A stretch of DNA of 64,000 nucleotides from Armatimonadota bacterium (GCA_043814095.1 JBDRKI010000048.1:11273-75272); one strand, 5' to 3'; positions 31,666 to 41,485 are shown, numbered from the stretch's first letter. Notes: generated from the sequence alone by a model not told the origin. Made by a program: numbers and translations.

Positions 31666-31977
31666 CTACTTGCCCGCTCCCAGCATATCTTCCGCCTGCT
31701 TTAATATGCCCTCCCCGTTCATTGTGCCGTAAAGCTTCCCGTCAATGAGCGCTATGGGTTTTGAGTGATTGTTTGCAACCTCTTTAAGGCGGTCATAACG
31801 GTATTTCACCTGAGGAGCCACAAGAACTATATCATAGTTATTTATAACATCCTCCAGATTCTCAGCGGAAGCAGAATCAATCTTTAATTCAAGATTCTTC
31901 TCCTGCGCGGCCTTAACCATCTTCTGCGTGATAAAACTTGTGCTCATCCCGCCCGAACAGATTAATAAAATATTCAT
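31666..31977 (-). CDS. PTS sugar transporter subunit IIB (lactose/cellobiose family)
   Basis: ILLICSGGMSTS P-loop, LVAPQV, YGTMNG. Confidence 0.92.
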   Translation of the reverse strand: MNILLICSGGMSTSFITQKMVKAAQEKNLELKIDSASAENLEDVINNYDIVLVAPQVKYRYDRLKEVANNHSKPIALIDGKLYGTMNGEGILKQAEDMLGAGK

Positions 31978-31997
31978 ATATGCCTCCCGGTTATTTA

Positions 31998-34730
31998 TTA
32001 TTTCCTATACTGTTTTAGTTTTTCCAAAAATTCGGGCTTAGCTTCATAACCCTTTTTGACCGCCTCATCGCAGTACTTTACTGCCGATTGATAATCTCCC
32101 TTATCATAATAAACTTCAGCCATGAGGTAATGCAGGTATGCCCAATCTACAGTCTTTAAAGCTTTTTGAAGCGCGGAAATTGCTTCGTCAAAACTGCCTT
32201 TATCGCGGTAAACCATGGCAAGGTCATAATAATAATTCTCACTATATGGGCTTATACTTATACATTGTTTATACTCGGCGGCGGCTTCGTCAAGCATCCC
32301 TTTTTTATGATAAAGCTTAGCCAAATTCCCGTGAAAATTTGAATCCCCCGGGTCAATCTCCAACGCTTTTTTATACTCAATAATAGCCTCATCCGGCATA
32401 TCTTTGCCCGCGTATGCTCTTGCTAAAGACGAATGATAATATTTATCCTTGGGGTTAATTGCTACCGCTTTTTTATATTCCGGAATGGCTTCATCAATTA
32501 ATCCTTTCATATCATAAGCGCTCGCAAGTTCATAATGCGCTTTATCATCATCCGGATTTCTCAGAACCGCTTCGTTAAGATTAACAATGCCTTCGTCATT
32601 ATAAAACTTTCCAAAATAAGCCCTTAACATTAAACTATAAGCCTCTGCGGCATCGCCGGCAAATTCGGTGCCTTTTGCCGCTTCAGCCGCTTTTATCATC
32701 TCAAAATATACATCTTCTCTCATGCCTTTTAAGTTATATAAAATTCCGCGGAATAAATGAGTTATAAACTCTCCGTAATTTTTATCATTTAATGCCTCAT
32801 CGGTTATTCTAAAATAAGAATCCGACATTTTGTCATTTTTCTCCATTTTTAACGCTTTTAAAAAATTTTCCCTGCAGGCTTTAAAATCCGAGTTTGCCCC
32901 GCAGTCCACGGCTTTATTATAATAATAACAAGCTTCGCCCAATTTTCTTAAGTATTTCTTTATTGAAGCGTTTTCAATATCTCCTCCCACGGCTTGTTCA
33001 AATAAAATACCGGCATCTTCAGGTGTTTTACTTTGAGCAAAACTTATTCTGCCCATAATTGAATATGTTCCTAAACTTAAATATTCCCTTGTTACCCTTA
33101 AATAAGAATCCGCATAAGATTCTCCGCCTGGCTTGGGACGGTTAAAAATATCCTGCGCCATAGCCTTAGCTTCATTATACAAACCTTTATCGGTGTAAAC
33201 GGCTATCAAATTGAACTTTGCAATAAGAAAACCCGGATCTATCTCCAGGCATTTTTTAAATTCGGCTATAGCCTCATCTGGCATATTTTTTTTATAATAA
33301 ATCAGTCCCAAAAAACGGCGGGCGTTAATATCATCGGGTTTAAGAGAAACAAATTTTTTAAATTCTTTCAGCGATTTATCCAATTCATCCTTATCATAAT
33401 AAATATTGCCCAAATAATAATACGGCAGGGCAAAATCAGGCTCTGTATCTGCGGCTTTTTGAAATTCCTCTATAGCTTTGTCACCTTTATTATAAAACAT
33501 TCCTTTAAAGAAACATACTGCCGCTTCTTTTTTAACCTTGTTGTTTTTTAATTCTTCTATAACTTCCAGGCAATCGTTAAGTTTTTTCACATCTTTCCAG
33601 TATTTATAAGATTCCTTGAAATTTTCCTCGGCTTTCTCAAAATCTCCGGCTACCGCGCACCTTAACCCTTCCCTGAAAAAATCATAAGCCGTATGGGGCG
33701 TAACGGAAACACCCGACTCTTTAATCTTATTTTCAATGTTAGTATATATTAAAATATCATTTTTAACGGCTTTATTATAATACTCCGCTGCCAATTTATA
33801 ATCGTTTTTTTCTATGTAAAGTTCCAATAATGAATTATAATATGTGCCTAAATGCCCCCCGCTCGAATCCAGTTCAATCGCTTTTTTATATTCCGCAACG
33901 GCTTCATCCTTCATCCCCTTTATTTCATATGCCTGCGCCAGACATCCGTGTGCGACTTCATTATTGCCGTCAAGGGATATAACCTTTTTACACTGCGCAA
34001 TAAATTCGTCGGTCATGTTATTATCTTTGCAAATACTGCCCAGCGCGTAATAATATATGCTTTCGCAGGGATCCAGTTCAATCGCTTTTTTATACTCAGC
34101 AACGGCTTCGGGGATCATGCCTTTTTCTTCATAGACTTTTCCCAAACTCCAATGAGGCGTGTCAAATTTTTCATCAATTTCTATCGCTTTTTTAAATTCT
34201 AAAACAGCTTCATCCTGCAAATCTTTCCTCAGATAAACAGTGCCCAAGTTATCGTGAAAAAAACAATTTTGAGAATCTAAAGAAATGGCTTTCTTAAGCT
34301 CTTCTTCGGCTTTATCAAGCATATTTTTACCTATATATACAAAACCCAGAAGAAAATGCGCCATCGCATATCCATCTTCAAAGGCTACCGCCCTTTGAAA
34401 CTCGGCTTCGGCTTCATCAAAATTTCCTCCGTCAATATGCGCCATCCCGTTAAACAGCAAAGCCGCTGTTTCCTTTTTCACCTTGTTGTTTTTTACATCT
34501 TCAATGATTTTAAGCACCATTATCGCGCGATTGTAGCGGTTATAATATTCCAACGTTTTTTGAAAATTCAGTTCGGCTTCCTCAAAATTGCCGACCGTTC
34601 CGCAATTTAACCCTTTTTTATAATATTCATCCGCTGTTTCTCCATTGGTTTTTGCATAAACAAATTTAACTAAACATAAAATAATGCTAAATATAAAAAT
34701 GCTTATTATTAATAATTTACTTGGTTTCAT
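31998..34730 (-). CDS. Exported tetratricopeptide repeat protein, three-module architecture
   Basis: Signal peptide; many AHxxLGxxYxxKGMxDEAxxEYKKAIELDP repeats. Confidence 0.92.
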   Translation of the reverse strand: MKPSKLLIISIFIFSIILCLVKFVYAKTNGETADEYYKKGLNCGTVGNFEEAELNFQKTLEYYNRYNRAIMVLKIIEDVKNNKVKKETAALLFNGMAHIDGGNFDEAEAEFQRAVAFEDGYAMAHFLLGFVYIGKNMLDKAEEELKKAISLDSQNCFFHDNLGTVYLRKDLQDEAVLEFKKAIEIDEKFDTPHWSLGKVYEEKGMIPEAVAEYKKAIELDPCESIYYYALGSICKDNNMTDEFIAQCKKVISLDGNNEVAHGCLAQAYEIKGMKDEAVAEYKKAIELDSSGGHLGTYYNSLLELYIEKNDYKLAAEYYNKAVKNDILIYTNIENKIKESGVSVTPHTAYDFFREGLRCAVAGDFEKAEENFKESYKYWKDVKKLNDCLEVIEELKNNKVKKEAAVCFFKGMFYNKGDKAIEEFQKAADTEPDFALPYYYLGNIYYDKDELDKSLKEFKKFVSLKPDDINARRFLGLIYYKKNMPDEAIAEFKKCLEIDPGFLIAKFNLIAVYTDKGLYNEAKAMAQDIFNRPKPGGESYADSYLRVTREYLSLGTYSIMGRISFAQSKTPEDAGILFEQAVGGDIENASIKKYLRKLGEACYYYNKAVDCGANSDFKACRENFLKALKMEKNDKMSDSYFRITDEALNDKNYGEFITHLFRGILYNLKGMREDVYFEMIKAAEAAKGTEFAGDAAEAYSLMLRAYFGKFYNDEGIVNLNEAVLRNPDDDKAHYELASAYDMKGLIDEAIPEYKKAVAINPKDKYYHSSLARAYAGKDMPDEAIIEYKKALEIDPGDSNFHGNLAKLYHKKGMLDEAAAEYKQCISISPYSENYYYDLAMVYRDKGSFDEAISALQKALKTVDWAYLHYLMAEVYYDKGDYQSAVKYCDEAVKKGYEAKPEFLEKLKQYRK

Positions 34731-34740
34731 TTTTTTACCC

Positions 34741-35451
34741 CTACTCCGCCGTCTTCGGCTCCGGCTTTATCTCTATCTCTTTTATCTGCGGGGTTTCTTC
34801 GGCCGGCTTTTTCTCTTTTTTCTTCCCGGGTATAAAGAACCTGCCTTCCACATCGCGCTGGGCAAGGAAGGTTTCATTGTTCAGGTCTACCCATGCCTCA
34901 TCGGCTTTTATATAATCCCCGCTTTTTTTCATAAACCTTACATTTCCTATTAAGTGGGCGGCGTTTTTGCCTCTTGAGTAATTAACCTTGTCGCAGAAAG
35001 CTTCGGCCATTTTCTGTATTATATGCACATTACCTGTGGCTATGCCTTCTTCTTTTTCCCAGAAATAATCAAGCTGGGCGCATTTTAAGGTATATTTTTC
35101 CTTAATCTTTTTCTCGTTAACTTTTGTGGTAACAAGCTTTACCCCGCCTTCCAGTATTATCTCTTTTTTAAGGTAAAAAAGCTGCATCCTGTCGGCGTCA
35201 ATAACGGTATCTTTGTTTATTACATGCACCCCGCCCGTAAAATTACCGGTCTGGGTTTTTGTATTATACCTTGCAAAAGGAGCCGTTATTATTATGCCGT
35301 TGCCTTCTATGCGGCAGTTTTTAAGAACAAGCTCCTTTTTTATATCATCTACCTGGAAACTGTCGCAGTTTAATTTTATCTCGTCGGGAGCCGCTAATAC
35401 CGCTGAACATATCATTGTTATAATAAATAAGGTGAGTAATATTTTTTTCAT
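34741..35451 (-). CDS. LptA/OstA-family periplasmic protein
   Basis: Signal peptide; repeated beta-jellyroll units (FTGGVHV, LEGGVKL, ATGNVHI, LIGNVRF). Confidence 0.8.
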   Translation of the reverse strand: MKKILLTLFIITMICSAVLAAPDEIKLNCDSFQVDDIKKELVLKNCRIEGNGIIITAPFARYNTKTQTGNFTGGVHVINKDTVIDADRMQLFYLKKEIILEGGVKLVTTKVNEKKIKEKYTLKCAQLDYFWEKEEGIATGNVHIIQKMAEAFCDKVNYSRGKNAAHLIGNVRFMKKSGDYIKADEAWVDLNNETFLAQRDVEGRFFIPGKKKEKKPAEETPQIKEIEIKPEPKTAE

Positions 35452-35452
35452 T

Positions 35453-36952
35453 CTAACACCGCCTTGATTTTCTAATAACTATAATAATCAATACCATAGC
35501 TACAATCAAACTTAATAACAGGAACCATTCTCCGAATCTTGTAAATATACTTTCTTTATTCGGTAAATATATGTTATTGGTTAACGCAGCTTCTTCAAAA
35601 AGCCCGCTTATTTCATACACTCTGCCAGCAGGATCTATAAACGCGGAATAACCCGTATTTGCCGCAAAAACCATATATACCCTGTTCTCTATACAGCGCG
35701 GAAGAGATAACGCAATATGCTGTTCCGCAGCGCCGGTGCGCCTGAAAAGCTCGTCATTTGTTATCACCGTAAGGGCATTCGCCCCTTTTAAAACCGCATC
35801 CCGGGAGATATACGAAAATACCGATTCAAAACATATAAGGACGGGAAATTTAGCTTCTCCCGCTTTAAAAATAGTCTGGTCTTTGCCCTCTTTATACCTG
35901 CCTATTTTCTCAAGTATCTTCATTTTGGGGAGAAGCCCTTCAAGCGGGTTATACTCACCCATGGGAAAAAGACGCATCTTTGCGTATTTCTGGATATCTT
36001 CTTTCCCGGGCTCTATTAAAAATGCCGCGTTGTATAATCCCTTATTCTCATAATAAAGGCCGCCCGTAAGAAGATTTATATTCTCAAGCTGAGCAAACCT
36101 TATAACAGGGATAAATAAACCGCTTTTGGGGGCGTAAATATCGGGAACCGCGGTCTCCGGCCAGATTATCAGGTCGGGCTTCTCAAAAGAAGCCCTTGTG
36201 GTCATTCCGAAAAGTTTTATCAATGTAGTGTCCGCGTATCTTTTATCCCATTTTATGTTCTGGCTTATATTGGGCTGGATTATGCTGACTTTAAAAGGAT
36301 CTCCCTGCCTGTAATCAACATTCATTTTAAAGAAGCCGTATATGATACATAAAATAATAATAACAGGCGGTATGATTAAATGTGCCGGCTTTATTTTCTT
36401 TTTTAAATAAATAAGGAGTATTATCTCCGCTAAAAATGTATTAAAAAATACTATGAGCCATGATACCGCGAAAGAACCCGCTATATCGGCTATCTGAAGG
36501 ACCGGCAGAAATTTATACTGGGAGGAATATAACAATCCGCAGGCGATACCCAGCGGTTTTAATGTTTTCAAGTATTCGGCTGTTAAAATATAAGCGCACG
36601 GGGTAAAGATAAGTCTTATCCAGTAATCCCCGGGGTTTGTCTTTTGATAAAAATAAGCGGTTATAAAAGAGAACAGAGCAAAGCTGAAGCTGAAAATAAT
36701 GAGTCCCGCAAGGTATCCTTCGGCCGCCACTGGATAAAGCCACCGGAATATAACCCCTGTAAACAATACCCCCGCAAGCCATCCGTACCAGAATGCTTTC
36801 CATTTATCTATATTATGCAGGACCAGTATAAAAGGGATAAGGGCAAACCACGCAAATAGAAACCAGTTAAGTTTGGGGAACGCGGGTATTAACAGGATTA
36901 TGCTTAGAAGCATCCATAAAATACTTAACTTTTTATTCCTTATTATATTCAT
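35453..36952 (-). CDS. lnt: Apolipoprotein N-acyltransferase (copy 1)
   Basis: TM N-terminus; QPN, WPETA, YAKMRLFPMGEY, ICFES, TND, AANTGYS. Confidence 0.93.
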   Translation of the reverse strand: MNIIRNKKLSILWMLLSIILLIPAFPKLNWFLFAWFALIPFILVLHNIDKWKAFWYGWLAGVLFTGVIFRWLYPVAAEGYLAGLIIFSFSFALFSFITAYFYQKTNPGDYWIRLIFTPCAYILTAEYLKTLKPLGIACGLLYSSQYKFLPVLQIADIAGSFAVSWLIVFFNTFLAEIILLIYLKKKIKPAHLIIPPVIIILCIIYGFFKMNVDYRQGDPFKVSIIQPNISQNIKWDKRYADTTLIKLFGMTTRASFEKPDLIIWPETAVPDIYAPKSGLFIPVIRFAQLENINLLTGGLYYENKGLYNAAFLIEPGKEDIQKYAKMRLFPMGEYNPLEGLLPKMKILEKIGRYKEGKDQTIFKAGEAKFPVLICFESVFSYISRDAVLKGANALTVITNDELFRRTGAAEQHIALSLPRCIENRVYMVFAANTGYSAFIDPAGRVYEISGLFEEAALTNNIYLPNKESIFTRFGEWFLLLSLIVAMVLIIIVIRKSRRC

Positions 36953-36959
36953 AGGGATA

Positions 36960-38495
36960 TTATTCTTTATTTAATATATTTCTACCTTTGTTTACCTTTT
37001 TTTTATTTGTTTTAATAATTATACCTGATAACAGAAATATAATAATTCCAAGATTGATTAATATAAACATATTGCCGGTATATGTAAAAACAGATCTTTC
37101 TTCTGTAATATAGACATTATCTGTCAGGACTTCTTCTTTGGAAATCCTGCTTTTATTATAAACATAACCGCACGGATCTATAAAAGCGGAATAACCCGTA
37201 TTAGCGGCCTGTATCAAATATACTCTGTTCTCCACAGCCCTTAATACCGAAGCCGCGAGATGCTCCTCCACAAAAGAAGAGCCTGTGAACCATTCATCAT
37301 TTGTTATCACAACAAGAAACTGAGCCCCGCCTAAAACCGCGTTCCTGCAAAAATCAGGAAGAAGGGATTCCATGCAGATAAGAACCGAAAAACGCTTATT
37401 CTTGATATCAAATACAGTCTGGGCGCTTCCCGGAGTGTAAAACCTCTGATCCTTCATAACTTTAAGTCCGGGCATAAATTTTCTAAACGGATTATATTCC
37501 CCGAACGGGAAAAGCTTGTTTTTTGAATAGGTATCAATAATGCCTTTGCCGGGAGATATTGAAAACGCGGAATTAAAATATTTACCGGAGAAAGTCCGGT
37601 ATGAACCGGCAAGAATATTTACATTATATTTATCAACAAAATCATATAAGGGGATCAATATATCTTTCCTGTGCTCTATATAATCGGGCAGGGACCCTTC
37701 TGCCCATATAATCATATCGGAATTCTTCTCAACCGCCTCATACGAAAGCCTTATATTCTCCCATAATGAACGGTAAAGGTGGGGAGTATTCCACTCTATA
37801 TTCTGTATAAGATTGGTCTGTATGACACTTGCTTTAAGGTAATCCTTCTTAAGATAATCTGTGTTAAGTTTTAACACCCCGTAAAGAAAACATAAGAGGA
37901 TTATAAGCAGGGGGATCATCCAATGATAAGGCTTTATCCTTCTCTTATGCATAGACATATAAATCATTTCGGCGAAAAACACATTTACGAAAACAACAAG
38001 CCAGCTCACTCCGAAACATCCTGTTATGCCGGCAATCTGGATAAGGGGCAAGAACTTGTACTGCGAATAAGCAAGTATATGGGAACCGGCACCGAGAGCG
38101 CCTAAAAGTCTTAAATATTCAAAAATAAAAACATACACGCATGCTGTAAATAAGATGCGCTTAAAAACCTCCCCGGGTTCCGTATGCTTATAAAAATATA
38201 CTGTTAAAACCGTAAACAGCGCTAAACTTATGCAGTAAACCACCGTTATAAATACAAAAATTATGTGAACGTTAAAAATTACATCTTTTGATATAATTAA
38301 TGAGAACAGCGCGCCCGCAATCAAGGAATATACAAACGATTTCTTAATGCTTATATCCCGCAGAGCTATAATAAACGGTATAAGAGCAAAAAAGGCAACC
38401 GGGAAACAATTAAAATTAATAAAAGGCACGGATAAAAGCACCATGCTTAGAATCATATAAAAGAAAGATAAATCTATTTTTTTAAATACATTCAT
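36960..38495 (-). CDS. lnt: Apolipoprotein N-acyltransferase (copy 2)
   Basis: WAEGS, YSKNKLFPFGEY, ICMES, TNDEWF, RAVENR, AANTGYS. Confidence 0.92.
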   Translation of the reverse strand: MNVFKKIDLSFFYMILSMVLLSVPFINFNCFPVAFFALIPFIIALRDISIKKSFVYSLIAGALFSLIISKDVIFNVHIIFVFITVVYCISLALFTVLTVYFYKHTEPGEVFKRILFTACVYVFIFEYLRLLGALGAGSHILAYSQYKFLPLIQIAGITGCFGVSWLVVFVNVFFAEMIYMSMHKRRIKPYHWMIPLLIILLCFLYGVLKLNTDYLKKDYLKASVIQTNLIQNIEWNTPHLYRSLWENIRLSYEAVEKNSDMIIWAEGSLPDYIEHRKDILIPLYDFVDKYNVNILAGSYRTFSGKYFNSAFSISPGKGIIDTYSKNKLFPFGEYNPFRKFMPGLKVMKDQRFYTPGSAQTVFDIKNKRFSVLICMESLLPDFCRNAVLGGAQFLVVITNDEWFTGSSFVEEHLAASVLRAVENRVYLIQAANTGYSAFIDPCGYVYNKSRISKEEVLTDNVYITEERSVFTYTGNMFILINLGIIIFLLSGIIIKTNKKKVNKGRNILNKE

Positions 38496-38496
38496 A

Positions 38497-40020
38497 CTAC
38501 TTCTTTACTTTCTTTAAAATAAATATACCCAGGGCAATTACCATGCAGATTAAAACAAAAATATCTCCCGTATTTGTAAAAATGGTGAAACTTTCTTTTT
38601 CATCAGCATAAACATAATCAGTTAATATATCTTCGGTAAAAACAGAGCTCAACCTGTATATCTTCCCCGAAGGAGCTATAAACGCGGAATAACCCGTGTT
38701 TGCCGCCTGAACAGAATACACCCTGTTTTCTATAGAGCGGAAGACCGCTTCAACTATGTGCTGTTTTAAAATATTTTCTTTCTCAAACCACCCGTCATCG
38801 GCGGGAATTATAAAATATTGAGCGCCTGATAATACCAGCTTTCTTGCAACATTTGAATTTACCGATTCAAAACAGATAAGAACTCCGAATTTAATGCCGT
38901 TAAGATCAAAAATTGTCCTGTCATTTCCGGGTGTAAAACTGCTTAAGTTGTTTTCACATCGGGCTAATAAGCAATTTAAGGGATTATATTCCATTAAAGG
39001 GAAAAGCGTGTTTTTAGAATGCACGCCGGTAATGCCTTTGCCGGGCTCTAAAAGAAATACCGAATTATATATTACTCCGCTTCCCAGCTCCACAGCTCCG
39101 GTAAGAAGATTTAATCCATTCTCATTTACAAAATCATTAAGAGGTTCGGATATGGATTTGTTTAACTTTAACCTCGCAGGAACTGCAACCTCAGGCCATA
39201 CGGTAAGATCAGGCTCCTCTTTAAATGTTTTTCCGGTAAGATACAAAAGCTTTTTAATCCTGTTATTTAAAAATTCTGTGTAAAATTTTACCCTGTACTT
39301 TTTACATACCGCGGGCTTCTGCGTAAGGTCCGGCTGTATTGCGCTTATCTTAACTTTATCCCCTTTTGTATAATCCTTGCCTGTTTTATAAAAACCGTAT
39401 GATAAACATAAAATAATAAGCAGAACAGGGATTATAAAATATGATAGTTTTATCTTTTCTTTATCTGATTCTTTGTTTAAGTATAGATTAATTATTTCCG
39501 CCAGAAATATGCTTATAAAAGCTATTAGAAAGCTTATCCCGAAAGAACCAAATATATCGGCAATCTGGATAACCGGAAGAATTTTATACTGCGAATATGC
39601 CAGCATGTGCAGTTTTATCCCGAACAGCTCTGCTGTTGTAAGGTATTCAACCATAAACACATATAAAGAAGCATTAAATAAGATACGCTTGAAAATTTCT
39701 TCCGGTTTTGTTATTTTATAGAAATAATGCGCTACAACGGCAAAAAGGGTAAGGTTAACGCTGAAAACCAAGGTTAATATTACCCAGCCCGTCATGTGTT
39801 TAAAATACGCCGAAAGCGCGAACACGCAGAACCATATCCCGCCGAGGATGGTATATAATATAATCTTACGGACATTTAAGTTATATATAACAAGGATAAA
39901 AGGGATAAGAGCTATCCATGCAAAAGGAGAATAACCTAATATGGGGAATGCTAAAAGCATCATGGATAAGCTTAATATTATCCAGAAAAGACCGAATTCT
40001 GTTTTTTTAAATATATTCAT
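38497..40020 (-). CDS. lnt: Apolipoprotein N-acyltransferase (copy 3)
   Basis: WPEVA, HSKNTLFPLMEY, ICFES, DDGWF, RSIENR, AANTGYS. Confidence 0.9.
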   Translation of the reverse strand: MNIFKKTEFGLFWIILSLSMMLLAFPILGYSPFAWIALIPFILVIYNLNVRKIILYTILGGIWFCVFALSAYFKHMTGWVILTLVFSVNLTLFAVVAHYFYKITKPEEIFKRILFNASLYVFMVEYLTTAELFGIKLHMLAYSQYKILPVIQIADIFGSFGISFLIAFISIFLAEIINLYLNKESDKEKIKLSYFIIPVLLIILCLSYGFYKTGKDYTKGDKVKISAIQPDLTQKPAVCKKYRVKFYTEFLNNRIKKLLYLTGKTFKEEPDLTVWPEVAVPARLKLNKSISEPLNDFVNENGLNLLTGAVELGSGVIYNSVFLLEPGKGITGVHSKNTLFPLMEYNPLNCLLARCENNLSSFTPGNDRTIFDLNGIKFGVLICFESVNSNVARKLVLSGAQYFIIPADDGWFEKENILKQHIVEAVFRSIENRVYSVQAANTGYSAFIAPSGKIYRLSSVFTEDILTDYVYADEKESFTIFTNTGDIFVLICMVIALGIFILKKVKK

Positions 40021-40048
40021 AAAATTCCGTAAAAAGGAGATTTAAAAA

Positions 40049-40714
40049 TTGCAAAAATATAATAAATATTTACTTATTTTAATTTTACTTTTAGCCGTCT
40101 TTTCCCTTTTAAACACTTCCGCTTCCGCTACTCAGTACATAAAATTTATAATAACGGTAAATCCCAACGGGGAGATAGACAGATCGGGAAACGGGCTTTA
40201 TTTCATACTTTTCAACAATAACGAGAGAGAACTTATAAACGCAACGGATAACAGGACATTCACCGATTTTATATGCTATAACGGCGTAAACGCGACTTGG
40301 TACCACAGAAGAACAGATCCGGTTAACCCCACATTCTTTATATGGGAGCAGGCGGGAATCATAAACACAAACATTTATATAAGCCCCGATAATAAGGAGC
40401 TTATGGTAACATTCAATGTTGACGATAAAAGCGTATTCTTAAATCAGTATATTACTCAGGATAATTTTAACGCGCATATCGTGACAACGGATAATACAAG
40501 CAGGTATAAGTTTGATACTCTGGGACAGGGACCTGATATGATGAATAACTCAATAAACACGATCCATGTTAATAAAAGATCCGGCGTCATACCCCCTACC
40601 GGGCCTTTTTATCCGTCTGACCCCATAGATGATATAGTAAAATTTGACAATCTTAATAAAGATTTCCCCTACCCTAATTTTGACATAATAACTTTTGAAG
40701 TAAGGATTAATTAA
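40049..40714 (+). CDS. Exported hypothetical protein
   Basis: AAGGAG RBS before TTG; signal peptide ending ASA. Confidence 0.8.
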   Translation: MQKYNKYLLILILLLAVFSLLNTSASATQYIKFIITVNPNGEIDRSGNGLYFILFNNNERELINATDNRTFTDFICYNGVNATWYHRRTDPVNPTFFIWEQAGIINTNIYISPDNKELMVTFNVDDKSVFLNQYITQDNFNAHIVTTDNTSRYKFDTLGQGPDMMNNSINTIHVNKRSGVIPPTGPFYPSDPIDDIVKFDNLNKDFPYPNFDIITFEVRIN

Positions 40715-40766
40715 AGCCCGGTATCTTGATTTCAAATAATAAGAAAAAATTACTTCGGTAGAAATA

Positions 40767-40803
40767 TTAAAAAAACAGCCCCGAAAGAAGCTGTTTTTTT
40801 TAA
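40767..40803 (-). terminator. Intrinsic terminator of the pilin-like gene (possibly bidirectional)
   Basis: Minus strand AAAACAGCTTC-TTTC-GGGGCTGTTTTTTT. Confidence 0.75.
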
Positions 40804-41485
40804 CACTAACTTAAAATATCTGTTTAGCTTTCGTCCGTTAATGTCCAAGTTATAACTCTTGAACCGTCTGCAGGCAGACCGGCTGAAACTGTTGCATTTA
40901 AACTCACACTATAAGTAAGGTGCGATTCTGCCACAGTTTCGATACTATAAACCACGCTTTGAGCTGTAGAATCAAGAGTTACCTCGCCATTAGTTGCGGC
41001 GCCAGTAGGTGGGTTCAGGTATGTTGTCAGGTTGGTATTATTTGGCATATTTGCATTAAGTGCTGCAGTTATCTTTTTGCCTGTTTCATTAGTAGTAATA
41101 TCGTAACCAGGAGAAGGGAAAGCATCATCATCACTCGGCTGTGAACCTGCTGTTGCCGAGTTAATTGTTAAGGTTACATCTGCACCAGCAGTAAGTTCAT
41201 TAATCGCATCAATCTCATAATATACAGTTTGAGTATCAGAGCTTGCCGCAAATGCAGTTCCTACTAGAAATGCTATGGCTACGAGCGCTATAAGTAGTTT
41301 TTTCACCTTGGTTAACCTCCTTTCTTTTTTGTTTTATTTAATGGCTTTCTTACCATAAAATATCAGTTATAAGAAACCTTGTTTACTCTTCCCACTTATA
41401 TTATACCCCCCCCCCGTGCATATACGGATATAGGTCAAGTGGGGTAATTTTGGGTGAAAATAGGTACCAAAAGGAGTATTTTTGG
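40800..41485. repeat. Diverged direct repeat, copy 1 (gene plus promoter)
   Basis: Collinear with 43464-44132; begins TTAACACTAACTTAA and ends with an identical 23-mer GGTACCAAAAGGAGTATTTTTGG. Confidence 0.92.
40824..41306 (-). CDS. Secreted Thr/Ser/Ala-rich beta protein, fimbrial-subunit-like
   Basis: AAAGGAGG RBS, GTG start, signal peptide ending AFA, ~140-aa mature chain ending in an alternating strand (VITWTLT); the fimbrial role is inference. Confidence 0.8.
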   Translation of the reverse strand: MKKLLIALVAIAFLVGTAFAASSDTQTVYYEIDAINELTAGADVTLTINSATAGSQPSDDDAFPSPGYDITTNETGKKITAALNANMPNNTNLTTYLNPPTGAATNGEVTLDSTAQSVVYSIETVAESHLTYSVSLNATVSAGLPADGSRVITWTLTDES

